A stretch of 64,000 nt of DNA from an uncultured Pseudomonadota bacterium (GCA_903928445.1 CAIYRB010000076.1:3893-67892), one strand, 5' to 3'; shown: positions 51,109 through 60,725, counted from the first letter of the stretch. Numbers and translations: made by a program. Notes: generated by a model from the sequence alone, not told the origin.

Positions 51109-51801
51109 ATGTTCATGCCATGCCATGCGCTGGTTTTTGATTTAGATGACACTCTGATCCATTCGACCAGAGCTTACGGCGTTGCCAATGCCGCAGCGCT
51201 CGACGTCATCGGACTTCGTGGCAAGGGTATGAGCTTGGAGTCCAGCCGGGCTGAAGTTAAGGAACGTCTTCCTTCCTTGCATGTGTCGGCTCGAAACCGT
51301 TGGCTTTACTTCAAACGACTGCTTGAAAACAACGAGCTATATTCCGCCAAATGTCTGGTTCAGGTGATGGCTGTGTACGAGGAGGCCTTGCTAGGTAATT
51401 TGAAGCAACAGTGGCGGGAGTTAAGGCGCGGCGAGTTACTGCAAAAGCTAGCCAAGAGGGCGCCGATGGCGATCATCACAAATGAAAACCTAAGGAGTCA
51501 GGTGCTAAAATTAAACGCGCTCGACGGAGTGGACGCGCTCTTCAATGTGCTGGTCACCTCGGAGGAGTTGGGGGTGGAAAAGCCGGATCCTGCTTTGCTC
51601 CGCTACGCACTGGCAAGGCTGAAAGTAGATGCGAGCGATACCTTGGTTGTCGGCGATAGCTTTGACCATGATATCAAGCCAGCGCTAGTCGCTGGCTGTC
51701 GGGCCGTCCTAAGTACCGAGTTTGCGCCTCGTCCATTGGCTTTTAGCGCGGGCTGTCAGACCGTCTCTTCGCTTGAGGAGATTCTAAACTATGACTTCTA
51801 G
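51109..51801 (+). CDS. HAD-superfamily phosphatase
   Basis: FDLDDTL, IITN, EKP, VGDS..HDI. Confidence 0.9.
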   Translation: MFMPCHALVFDLDDTLIHSTRAYGVANAAALDVIGLRGKGMSLESSRAEVKERLPSLHVSARNRWLYFKRLLENNELYSAKCLVQVMAVYEEALLGNLKQQWRELRRGELLQKLAKRAPMAIITNENLRSQVLKLNALDGVDALFNVLVTSEELGVEKPDPALLRYALARLKVDASDTLVVGDSFDHDIKPALVAGCRAVLSTEFAPRPLAFSAGCQTVSSLEEILNYDF

Positions 51802-52798
51802 TCCTATAGTGAAAAATTTGGGCCGGGAGACATGTCGTGAAGAGTTGGCCGCTTTTTGTGCGCAGATCGGACTAAAGACGCCGTTATGGGTACAGGGTGC
51901 TGGTGGCAATATATCGCGAAAATTCCTCGACGGCGAAGCGCTGCGGCTTTGGATCAAAGCCAGTGGCTACAGAGTCGGAGGGGTGACCAAGGACGTTGGT
52001 TTAGTCGAAGTCGATTTAACGAATTTTTACGCAGCGGCGCATACCACGGGGTTGCTTCCCGCTCCAAATAACCTTGAGCCAGCTACGGTGATCAAAGAAG
52101 AGTCATATCATAGCGTGCTTGGTAGATCGACTATAGCAGGTGCAAACGGGCAAGGGCGACCATCGATGGAAACAGGCCTTCATGCAATGCTGGCCGCGCC
52201 ATGGGTTGTGCATTTGCATGCACTATCTGCGCTGTTAATGGCTCATGTTTACCAACAATGCCCCGAGGATTTGGCATGGGTGTGTAAACGGCACCGAACG
52301 GTGGTGCTACCTGCGCTGATGCCTGGACTAAGTTTGACCTGGGCTACGGCGCGCCATGCCCAGGCCTCGCACGTTATTTTGGCGAATCACGGCGTCGTTC
52401 TTGCCCTGCAACATCCTGACGAACTTGCTTCATGGCAGCAGCTAGAATATGAATTCTGCGATCGTCACGGATTTGACGTTTTGACGCAGCTACTTAGTGG
52501 TGACTCAGCTAGTTTCTCTAGGGCGACGCAGCAGCCCATACCTCTGCGCTTTTACTTTCCAGATACTGCGGTGTTTTTTGCCAAGATCCAGCCGTTCCTG
52601 CGGCAGTGGCGGTCTTCGGCAGCGCCCGAACCGCTGTATGTGCTAGAAACCGATGATCAAGATCTGCAGGAGATCTGGGCGGCGCAACAGATTCTTTACG
52701 CCGCCTGCCCCGAACTCCCTAGCCTTCCAGATGCCATCGTCAACAGCGTGGCCAGTCTGCCCACCGAGCAGCTGCGATTGGCCAAGATTGCGAGCTAA
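51791..52798 (+). CDS. class II aldolase/adducin family protein
   Basis: VQGAGGNIS, IKASG, RPSMET.LHA, HLH, LANHG metal-binding histidines. Confidence 0.85.
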   Translation: MTSSPIVKNLGRETCREELAAFCAQIGLKTPLWVQGAGGNISRKFLDGEALRLWIKASGYRVGGVTKDVGLVEVDLTNFYAAAHTTGLLPAPNNLEPATVIKEESYHSVLGRSTIAGANGQGRPSMETGLHAMLAAPWVVHLHALSALLMAHVYQQCPEDLAWVCKRHRTVVLPALMPGLSLTWATARHAQASHVILANHGVVLALQHPDELASWQQLEYEFCDRHGFDVLTQLLSGDSASFSRATQQPIPLRFYFPDTAVFFAKIQPFLRQWRSSAAPEPLYVLETDDQDLQEIWAAQQILYAACPELPSLPDAIVNSVASLPTEQLRLAKIAS

Positions 52799-52800
52799 AC

Positions 52801-54468
52801 ATGCCTGAGGCGACGAAGAGTTTTGCCACAAGCCCGATCCACTTGCTCATGCCAATGGCTGGGCTTGGCGAGCGCTTTCGCCGTGAAGGTTATACCGATC
52901 CTAAGCCTCTGATTAAGGTGTCTGGGACGCCGATGATTCAGCGTTTGCTCGAGCGCTTTCCGCCGCATTGGCCGTGCACCTTCGTTCTCTCCGAACACCA
53001 TGCGGAGACCGCATTGCCAGGACTGCTCAAAGTGCTAAGACCCGACTGTCAGATCGTCTACTTGCACGACGCGGAGATTGCCGAAAGCCCGCTACGTGGT
53101 CCGGCTCGTTCGGCTTTGGCGGGGCTCAAGGTCATCCCAGCGGACCACCGGGTTTTTTTATCCTACTGCGACTACGATATGGTCTGGGATCATACTCAAT
53201 TTGAACGGTTTGTCCGGAGTAACGATTGCACGGCCTGTTTGATTTCTTACCGTGGCTTTCACGCTCATTACTTGACGCCGCTCATGTATGCCTACGCGCA
53301 ACTAGACGGCGAACTGGTCAAAGCCGTGCGGGAAAAGGGCTGCTTCACAGCAAATCGGGAGCAGGAATATGCCTCGGCCGGTGGTTACTATGTTCGCTCC
53401 GCTGCGCTTTTGCGGGCTGCCCTTGACTATCAAGCGGAGCACGACCTTCAGGTCAACGGTGAGCACTACATCAGCTTGACGATCGAGAGTATCCTGCGCT
53501 CCAAGGCTGAGGCGCAGGTGCGGATTTTTGAGATTCCGCTGTTTTGTCAGTGGGGAACGCCTGCGGACTTGAAGACCTATAGCTACTGGGAAAAGACCTT
53601 TGTCGCCTGGAACCGCTTGCAGGCTGCGGCGAGCACCTATGAGGTTGAGCAGGTCCTGATGCCGATGGCTGGGCTGGGGTCGCGCTTTGCGTCGGTGACA
53701 AAGGTGCCAAAGCCACTGATTGAGGTGGCCGGCCGGCCGATGTTTGTGCAGGCCTTGGTGTCACTACCTCGCGCTCGAGCCAATGTTCTTGTATGCCTCG
53801 AACAGCATCGTTCCATGCTAGAAGCTAGCCTAAACCAGCTGCCGGCAAAGACCGCTCGGCCCAAGGTCAAGTGGCTAAGGCAAACGCCGCAGGGGCAGGC
53901 ATTGTCGACGGAACAAGGTTTGCAGGAGTTAAACCCGACCCAGGAGGTGCTCGTATCAGCTTGCGACCATGAAATCGTGCTCGATCCGGCGACTTGGTTG
54001 CGGTTTAAAGCGGACCCCCGCTGCGACGGCGCGATTTTCACTGTCCGCGGCTACCCTGGCGTCCAGCGGCGGCCTCAGGCTTATGCTTATGTGGACGCCG
54101 ACTTTGACGGCGATGAATTTCCCCTGGTGAGGACGGTGTCAGTCAAGGTACCGCTGTCGGCAAAGCCGGAGGCAGACGCTCTGCTCGTCGGGTCTTTCTG
54201 GTTTGCATCCGCCGATCTCCTGCGCCGTGGTATTGAGGCACTTAAGGTCAAGGACGCGCGGGTCAACGGCGAGCTTTACCTAGACTCGATTTTTGCACAG
54301 CTTCAGCTGCTTGGCCACACGATGCGTGTGATCCCCTTGGACGGCTACATCGGCCGCGGTACGCCCGACGAGTTGGCCGAGTCGCTCTACTATCAAGAAC
54401 TGATTGGTGGGCGTCGGCCGACGCCGCGCCTGCGCTACAGCCTCGGGGATCAGGACAGCCATGCTTGA
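52801..54468 (+). CDS. tandem (double) sugar-phosphate nucleotidyltransferase-like protein
   Basis: Two copies of LMPMAGLG.RF...PKPLI.V.G.PM, each with VNGE.Y and GTP.[DE]L. Confidence 0.85.
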   Translation: MPEATKSFATSPIHLLMPMAGLGERFRREGYTDPKPLIKVSGTPMIQRLLERFPPHWPCTFVLSEHHAETALPGLLKVLRPDCQIVYLHDAEIAESPLRGPARSALAGLKVIPADHRVFLSYCDYDMVWDHTQFERFVRSNDCTACLISYRGFHAHYLTPLMYAYAQLDGELVKAVREKGCFTANREQEYASAGGYYVRSAALLRAALDYQAEHDLQVNGEHYISLTIESILRSKAEAQVRIFEIPLFCQWGTPADLKTYSYWEKTFVAWNRLQAAASTYEVEQVLMPMAGLGSRFASVTKVPKPLIEVAGRPMFVQALVSLPRARANVLVCLEQHRSMLEASLNQLPAKTARPKVKWLRQTPQGQALSTEQGLQELNPTQEVLVSACDHEIVLDPATWLRFKADPRCDGAIFTVRGYPGVQRRPQAYAYVDADFDGDEFPLVRTVSVKVPLSAKPEADALLVGSFWFASADLLRRGIEALKVKDARVNGELYLDSIFAQLQLLGHTMRVIPLDGYIGRGTPDELAESLYYQELIGGRRPTPRLRYSLGDQDSHA

Positions 54469-55192
54469 ATTTGAGCTGGTGCTACCAGCCTACAATGAAG
54501 CGAAGAGCTTACCTGACCTCTGCAAAAGGGTAGCCGAGGCAGCGTTGTCGTGTGGGTTCACTCCGGAGCGCTGCCAGGTGGTCCTCGTCGATAACGGCAG
54601 TACCGACGGTTCTGCCGTGGTCCTGAAGCAGTTACAGAGCACCGATCTCGGTGCATGGTTTAGGGTCGTCACCGTGGCGCTGAACCAAGGCTATGGCTTC
54701 GGTGTGAAAGCCGGACTTGATGCGACGACGGCACCCTTTATTGGCTGGTCGCATGCCGACCTTCAATGTGACCCCGTTGAGGCCTTTCGCGCCGCAGTAA
54801 TATTGCAGAATTCACCGGCCACAACGTCGCTGATCATTAAAGGTAAGCGCTTTGGGCGTTCCCTATCTAGTCGCATCATCAGTACCGTGTTTGCCGTCGC
54901 GGCTGGGGTCAGCCTGGGGCTTTGGTGCGGCGAGATCAACGCTCAGCCAAAGGTTTTTCCGCGCCGCCTACTCGGCCATTTGTCCGGTGCTCCAGTCGAT
55001 TTTAGCTTCGATTTGTTCGCCCTTTATCGGGCCAAAGCTGCCGGCTTCAGATTTCGCACCATAGCGGTCTACTTTCCCAATCGGCGTCACGGTGTATCCA
55101 ATTGGTCGTCGACCTTTAGGAGTCGACGTCGCACCATGATCGGCATGCTGCGCTACTGTCGGCATCTGGCGCTGACCGAGGGTCGCCTATGA
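54461..55192 (+). CDS. GT2 polyprenol-phosphate glycosyltransferase-like
   Basis: LVLPAYNE, DNGSTD, NQGYG, HADLQCDP, INAQPK, RRHGVS.W; start overlaps the upstream stop. Confidence 0.88.
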   Translation: MLEFELVLPAYNEAKSLPDLCKRVAEAALSCGFTPERCQVVLVDNGSTDGSAVVLKQLQSTDLGAWFRVVTVALNQGYGFGVKAGLDATTAPFIGWSHADLQCDPVEAFRAAVILQNSPATTSLIIKGKRFGRSLSSRIISTVFAVAAGVSLGLWCGEINAQPKVFPRRLLGHLSGAPVDFSFDLFALYRAKAAGFRFRTIAVYFPNRRHGVSNWSSTFRSRRRTMIGMLRYCRHLALTEGRL

Positions 55193-57357
55193 AGGCTTTG
55201 GCGCAGTCCAAGCTATTTTGGCTCGGTCTACTGCTCCGCTTGGGGGCGCTGCCATTTTTTGGCTCGCATTATATGCGGGATCTATTTATCCCGTTTCTCG
55301 ATGCTGCAGTCACCCACCCAGGCAGCAACCCTTGGACCTTACTGCCACCCTCGTACTTTCCTTACGGTTCCTTTCTCTTCGCGCTGCTTTATGTGCCGCG
55401 TCAGCTAGCGTTTTGGTTGTTTGGGCCTGGCGTCTTAGCCGCATCTGGGGTCAGCCTGGCTTTGTGTAAGTTGCCACTACTGGCGGCTGAGGTTTGCCTG
55501 CTTAATGCCATGGCTAAGCGCTTAAATTATACCCGCTCGCTGCTGATCTACTACTGGCTCAACCCGGTGTTGTTCTACATCACCTATATTTATGGACAAC
55601 TCGACGCGGTCATGACTGCGTGTACGGTACTCAGCCTGTTCTTGTTGATCGATCGGCGCTTGGTTTGGTCGGCCTTGGCCATGAGCTGTGCAATTGCCTC
55701 AAAGTTCAGCGCCGCGGTAGCTGTGCCGTTGGTGCTGACCTATCTGTGGCGGCGGGAGTTCCCTAAGATCGCGCGGCAGCAAGCGGCGCTTTGGTTAGGC
55801 ATTTTTGGAACGGTGACGGTCATTGGCTTTTTACCGGTGTTGACGGCGGGACAGATCGGTTATACCAGTGTCGCCTCGCCGGAGGCGTTGCGGATCTTCG
55901 CCGCAAAGATCGACCTCGGCGGTGGCTTGATGCTGGATCTTGGCATCGCTTTGGTATTAGCGGTACTCGGTCGTCTTTGTCTATCGACGACTCTGTCGGC
56001 AACCGGTTTGCTATATGGCACGGGATTGGTGTTCGGACTTTTGGTGGCGACGACTAATGCGGCTCCCGGCTGGTATTATTGGCCATTGCCCTTCATGGCG
56101 ATGCTTTATGCCAGCCACGAACCTGCACCAAAGGCGCCGTGGTTTTTGCTACATGCTGCTTATTTCTTCAATTTTGTCGTGATCCCAGCCCATATTCTTC
56201 CCTTTGGGCTGAACCCTAGTGAAGACGCGAGTGCTGCCTTCAGCGTTTTGCAGACCGGAATGTTTGCACTCCTGGTGGTGATGTGGGTCGTCGCCCTCAA
56301 AGGAGAAGCCAAGCTGGAGCGTTTGATCAAACCTTTGATGATCGGCATCGCTGGCGACTCGGCAGCCGGGAAGAATCGCTTGAGCCATACGTTGATGACG
56401 CTCTTTGGGGAAAAACACTGTGAGATGCTCGAGGGCGATGATTATCACCGCTGGGAGCGAGGTGATGAGCGCTACCAGCGCTACACCCACCTAAGTCCGC
56501 GTGCCAATCATCTGCGCGTCTTAGATAAGCATACTAAGCGATTGACCGCGGGCCGGCTGGTCCAGCAGCGCCACTACGATCATGGGACGGGACGATTCAC
56601 GGCGCTGCGGCAAATTAAAGCCCATCGCACCGTGGTAGTTCAAGGCTTGCATACATTCTACCTGCGCAATATGCGGCAGGCCTTCGATCTCAAGGTCTTT
56701 CTTGACCCTGATCCGCTGGTGCAGCTAGCCTGGAAGCTGCGCCGCGATGTCAAGGAACGCGGCCACAACCGGCAGAAGGTCTTGGCTAGTATGGAAGCCA
56801 GGCGTCAAGATGCACTGCTGCACATCGCGCCGCAGCGCGCCTTCGCCGACTGGATCATCCAAGCGGTGCCGCGTGGTGATGCCTCAAAGGACAGCGTTTT
56901 AGACGGTGTGATGCCTGAAATTATGATGCGGCATGTCCTATGGAATGATGTGGACCTCGATGGGTTCATTCACATGCTCAGCCAGATCGATGGTGTCGAG
57001 TGGACGCTAGAGCGAGACGGCGGAGATCTCGATCGCACGGCGCTCATACTAGCGGGACACCCTTCGGTTGAGCAGATCGCTTGGATGGCAAGCCAGCTCT
57101 TTTCGCACCTACGGCCGATTACCCGTAGCCCGCAGCCACCGCAGTGGTTAGGCGGTCTCGATGGTCTGACGCAACTACTAGCGCTAACACTGCTAAGTGG
57201 CGGGTCCCACGCAGCCCATGAGGAGAGTCGATTTGGATCTGATCAAACACCGAGTGAACCAGGTCGCGGACCTAGCGCCGTTGCCGCCGGCATGGGGGGT
57301 GGAGGTAGACCTGCGCTCCCACACCATGCCGACGATCGGCTTGCACCTAGCGCATGA
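55189..57357 (+). CDS. fusion: multi-TM GT-C-like glycosyltransferase plus phosphoribulokinase/uridine kinase domain
   Basis: N-half FPYG, LCKLP, YWLNP..Y..YIYGQLD, ASK with ~10 TMs; C-half IGIAGDSAAGK, DDYHRWER, GLH, DLKVFLDP, WK.RRDVKERG. Confidence 0.8.
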   Translation: MKALAQSKLFWLGLLLRLGALPFFGSHYMRDLFIPFLDAAVTHPGSNPWTLLPPSYFPYGSFLFALLYVPRQLAFWLFGPGVLAASGVSLALCKLPLLAAEVCLLNAMAKRLNYTRSLLIYYWLNPVLFYITYIYGQLDAVMTACTVLSLFLLIDRRLVWSALAMSCAIASKFSAAVAVPLVLTYLWRREFPKIARQQAALWLGIFGTVTVIGFLPVLTAGQIGYTSVASPEALRIFAAKIDLGGGLMLDLGIALVLAVLGRLCLSTTLSATGLLYGTGLVFGLLVATTNAAPGWYYWPLPFMAMLYASHEPAPKAPWFLLHAAYFFNFVVIPAHILPFGLNPSEDASAAFSVLQTGMFALLVVMWVVALKGEAKLERLIKPLMIGIAGDSAAGKNRLSHTLMTLFGEKHCEMLEGDDYHRWERGDERYQRYTHLSPRANHLRVLDKHTKRLTAGRLVQQRHYDHGTGRFTALRQIKAHRTVVVQGLHTFYLRNMRQAFDLKVFLDPDPLVQLAWKLRRDVKERGHNRQKVLASMEARRQDALLHIAPQRAFADWIIQAVPRGDASKDSVLDGVMPEIMMRHVLWNDVDLDGFIHMLSQIDGVEWTLERDGGDLDRTALILAGHPSVEQIAWMASQLFSHLRPITRSPQPPQWLGGLDGLTQLLALTLLSGGSHAAHEESRFGSDQTPSEPGRGPSAVAAGMGGGGRPALPHHADDRLAPSA

Positions 57358-57844
57358 TCCTTGGAGCGAGGGCCCCAGCTTTGACAGCTGGGTTCAGGCT
57401 ATCAAACGCCAAGGGTTGCGGGGGCCTATCATTTTAAACACGAAAGAGGACGGTCTTGAGGACGCTTGCCTTCGGGTCATGGCCGCGGCCGAAATCAGCA
57501 ATTTCTGGTTTTTGGACACAGCCCTTCCTACCTTAATCAAATGGGCGGTATGCGGCCATGAGCGGCGCTTTGCCGTACGTTACTCCAGCTACGAGCCGCG
57601 CCTTTTAGCGGAGCGCTTTGCCGGCTTCATTGACTGGGTGTGGGTTGACTGCTTTGATGGTGTGCCGGCCGACATAAAGGATGTCGAGGCCCTAAGCGCC
57701 AAATTTAAAATTTGCTTGGTGTCTCCAGAACTTCAAGTCGGCCTGAGTCCTGATCTAGGCAAGCGAATCGAGGGCTTTAAGCATCTGGCGCCATTGGCCG
57801 CAGCGGTGTGTAGTAAGCAGCCGGAGCTGTGGCAGCCAAAGTAG
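57233..57844 (+). CDS. GDPD/PLC-like phosphodiesterase-fold protein
   Basis: HRVN, GVEVDLR, HDP, ILNTKEDGLE, WVWVDCF, CLVSPELQ; TTG start after GAGGAG (alternatives 57197, 57218). Confidence 0.75.
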   Translation: MDLIKHRVNQVADLAPLPPAWGVEVDLRSHTMPTIGLHLAHDPWSEGPSFDSWVQAIKRQGLRGPIILNTKEDGLEDACLRVMAAAEISNFWFLDTALPTLIKWAVCGHERRFAVRYSSYEPRLLAERFAGFIDWVWVDCFDGVPADIKDVEALSAKFKICLVSPELQVGLSPDLGKRIEGFKHLAPLAAAVCSKQPELWQPK

Positions 57845-57870
57845 ATGGTTGTATTAGTGCACATGGCGGA

Positions 57871-58545
57871 TTATTTGCCGCCGGTCTGTTTTAGCTGCGA
57901 GGCATTGTAGGCATCGATCTGTGCTTGAAGCTGCACAATCTGAGCATTGACCGCATCTAGCTGAGTCTGGAAATTCTTTTTTAAGCTTGCCGCTTGTTCG
58001 AGCGTGGCGCTGTTGGTTTTGATGGTTTCGTCGTGCTTTTTTTGCGCTGCTAAGTCATTGGATAGCGCAATACCCGAGCCGATAGCGCCAATACCGCCAA
58101 GGATGAGGCCGCCAACGCCGCCAGTGGCGATGGAAAAGGCGACGCTCGCCGCACCTGCGGCGAGGCCGATGCCATCCGCGGTGCTCGAATGTGTGGCGTT
58201 TTCTTGGTCAGCGCTGATATTGTCAATGCTGGTGCTGGCCGACGCGACGCTGACGAGACTGAGCTTCTTGGTGAGGTCGGTGCGCTGTGCCTCGAGTTGC
58301 GCCATCGAATTGGTCAGACTGTCGATACTCACCGTAGACTGCGGATTTTGGTCGGACACGGTGTTTGCGGCGCTCTGATCGATCTTCGCCGTCGGCTTGC
58401 CGTCCTTCGCTTTGGTGTGGACAAGCGCAGGAGCAGGCGAACTGTCCTCAGCGCAGGCAGTTAGTTGTCCGCATAGGACCAGGGTGGATAAGGCCACACT
58501 CCAGATTTTACTAGCGTTCCGGTAAGGTGTGTAACGTCTGACCAT
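57871..58545 (-). CDS. lipoprotein with coiled coils flanking a Gly-zipper hydrophobic hairpin
   Basis: Lipobox LTAC; GIGLAAGAASVAFSIATGGVGGLILGGIGAIGSGIAL between two heptad-rich helices. Confidence 0.75.
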   Translation of the reverse strand: MVRRYTPYRNASKIWSVALSTLVLCGQLTACAEDSSPAPALVHTKAKDGKPTAKIDQSAANTVSDQNPQSTVSIDSLTNSMAQLEAQRTDLTKKLSLVSVASASTSIDNISADQENATHSSTADGIGLAAGAASVAFSIATGGVGGLILGGIGAIGSGIALSNDLAAQKKHDETIKTNSATLEQAASLKKNFQTQLDAVNAQIVQLQAQIDAYNASQLKQTGGK

Positions 58546-58597
58546 GACCAGGTACCTCGGTAGTCATTATGCAAGTTCCATCGTTAGGTCTATGGGC

Positions 58598-58625
58598 CTA
58601 TCGGCAAGTTTGGGCAAAAACTTTA
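58598..58625 (-). promoter_or_regulatory. putative sigma28-type promoter
   Basis: Minus strand TAAAGTTT-N12-GCCGATAG, about 50 nt upstream of ATG 58545. Confidence 0.65.
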
Positions 58626-58781
58626 GTCAGATCTGCTTGTGACAGTTAGGTGTCTGGTATCACCGGGGATTTGATCGGTAAAGGCGTCCCTGTTCTATGC
58701 CGCCGCATTTAATAACTGCTACCATAAATGAGATAAACAAAACATAAGCTGACGAGGCGTTGAGCCATCGTCGCGAGGGTA

Positions 58782-60725
58782 GTGCCGATGCTTGGATATC
58801 TAAACAATTTATCTTTGCGTCGCGTCCATGCGCTCCTAGTCATTATAGTTGCTGCCTTTTTGGTCTTTGGCGTGGCGGTACGCTACGGCTTTCTTGAGCA
58901 CGATGATGATCAGAATATTTCGCATAATCCCCGCTTGCAGACGATTACCACCGATGGGCTGACTGCATTTTGGGAGGGGTCCTACCTCGGCCTTTATATC
59001 CCGGTGACTTATACCTATTGGGCCGCCGGGGTTGCCTTGTCGCATATCGGTGAGCCTGATAACGAAGTCCCTTACGCAAGGCCATGGATCTTTCATTTTG
59101 GCAATATCCTACTGCATGCAATCAACGCCTGCTTCGTCTACATCCTGCTGCGACGATTTGGCGCGAAGGATATGGCGGCGTTGGTTGGTGCAATGGTGTT
59201 TTTATTGCATCCGATGCAGGTAGAAGCGGTTGCTTGGGTGAGCGGGGCGAAAGACCTGCTGTCGACGTTCTTCGCACTGACGTCGATGATCTGTTACAGC
59301 GCCTTTCTTGGCGTTGGTAGGCCCAAGGGCAAGGGACGATACCCCCGTGGGGTTAGTTATCTAGGCGCCCTGCTGCTGTTTTGTCTGGCGATTTTGGCGA
59401 AGCCATCGACGGTGGTATTGCCGGCGTTTCTCTTTATTGAGGATGTTTTTGCGGCGCGAAAAGTCAGGTGGCGGGCGTTTGTGCGCGTCGTTCCGCATTT
59501 GATCGCGGTTGCCTTACTTTTAGTCTTGTCTGGCGCCTCGCAGACGAACGAGGGACCTTTCCCGCCGGTTCCTTATTGGCTAAGGCCCTTGGTTGCCGGC
59601 GACAGTGTGCTTTTTTATCTGCGTCAGCTGTTCATTCCGCTGCATTTTGCCATCGATTATGGCCGGCGTCCCGATCTGCTGTTGTCTGATTACGTTCGTC
59701 TTGCACTTGCCACCGGTCCTTATATCTTGGGCGCGGCCCTGCTTTGGCAGTACCATAAAGGACGCTTTAAGGCGGCCACCGCTGCCTACGCATTGTTCGT
59801 CGTCGGGTTGCTGCCAACCTTAGGCTTTATGCAATTTGCCTATGCCTTCTTCTCCCTGGTCTGCGACCGCTATGCCTACTTGGCGATGCTGGGAGCGGCG
59901 GTGCTCGCCGCGACGGTCTTTCAGGCTAAGGACCATCGCCTGAAGGTGGGGATCACTGCCTGCTTGCTACTGTTTTTGGCGGTGCAAAGTACACTCCTGA
60001 CGCGTACTTGGGAAATTGAAGGGTCCCTGTTTGGGCATAGTATCGAAGTCGAGCCAGAAGGCTCGGTGGCGCTGGTCGCGTTATCCAACGACCGTGCTAA
60101 TAAGGGGTTTTGGCGCGACACGATCCCACTGCTCGAACGCGCTTCGGCAGCCCTACCGGTCTGGGGGCGGCCCTATAACAACCTCGGCACGACCTATCTC
60201 AACCTCGGTAATAGCGAAGAGGCGGTGGTCAAATACCGTATGGCCCTGAAGTACTTCCCGACTTACCCGTTGGCCCACAGCAATCTCTGCGCCGCGCTTG
60301 CTGGTCTAGGTCGCTATGACGAAGCTGAGCCCGAATGCCGCGCGGCGATAGCTCTAGCACCTGAGTTTGACATGCCGTTACTTAACCTCGGCTTCATCTA
60401 CGCTAAGAATGGTAAGATGGCGGACGCTGAGCAAGCCTTTCGCTCGGCGACGGCCCTGGCACCTGGGTCCTTTAAGGCGCGGCGGAACCTGACGCTCGCG
60501 CTCAAGGCTGAGAATAAGTGTGGCGAGTCAATCTCCCACCTGCGACTGCTAAATCAGGATTATCCAAAGGACCAAGGGGTGGCTTTGGACTTTGCGGCCT
60601 GCTTGCAGGAGTTGGGTCGGCAGGCGGAGGCTGAGGCGGTGCTTCAGGCCTTTGTCACCTTAAATCAGGGCAGTTCGGGGGCGGACACCGTGCAGAGTAG
60701 TTTGGATCAGCTTCGGCGCAAATGA
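58782..60725 (+). CDS. TMTC-like GT-C glycosyltransferase with C-terminal TPRs (third paralogue)
   Basis: HDDDQN..NP, LYIP, FH.GNI.LH, HPMQVEAVAW, LAKP, DRYAYL, TPRs. Confidence 0.85.
   Translation: MPMLGYLNNLSLRRVHALLVIIVAAFLVFGVAVRYGFLEHDDDQNISHNPRLQTITTDGLTAFWEGSYLGLYIPVTYTYWAAGVALSHIGEPDNEVPYARPWIFHFGNILLHAINACFVYILLRRFGAKDMAALVGAMVFLLHPMQVEAVAWVSGAKDLLSTFFALTSMICYSAFLGVGRPKGKGRYPRGVSYLGALLLFCLAILAKPSTVVLPAFLFIEDVFAARKVRWRAFVRVVPHLIAVALLLVLSGASQTNEGPFPPVPYWLRPLVAGDSVLFYLRQLFIPLHFAIDYGRRPDLLLSDYVRLALATGPYILGAALLWQYHKGRFKAATAAYALFVVGLLPTLGFMQFAYAFFSLVCDRYAYLAMLGAAVLAATVFQAKDHRLKVGITACLLLFLAVQSTLLTRTWEIEGSLFGHSIEVEPEGSVALVALSNDRANKGFWRDTIPLLERASAALPVWGRPYNNLGTTYLNLGNSEEAVVKYRMALKYFPTYPLAHSNLCAALAGLGRYDEAEPECRAAIALAPEFDMPLLNLGFIYAKNGKMADAEQAFRSATALAPGSFKARRNLTLALKAENKCGESISHLRLLNQDYPKDQGVALDFAACLQELGRQAEAEAVLQAFVTLNQGSSGADTVQSSLDQLRRK

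Noticed and set aside
56330-57000. Calvin-cycle locus suggested by the PRK-like domain
   Set aside because: No RuBisCO or cbb genes in the window; the domain is fused to a glycosyltransferase within a glycan operon
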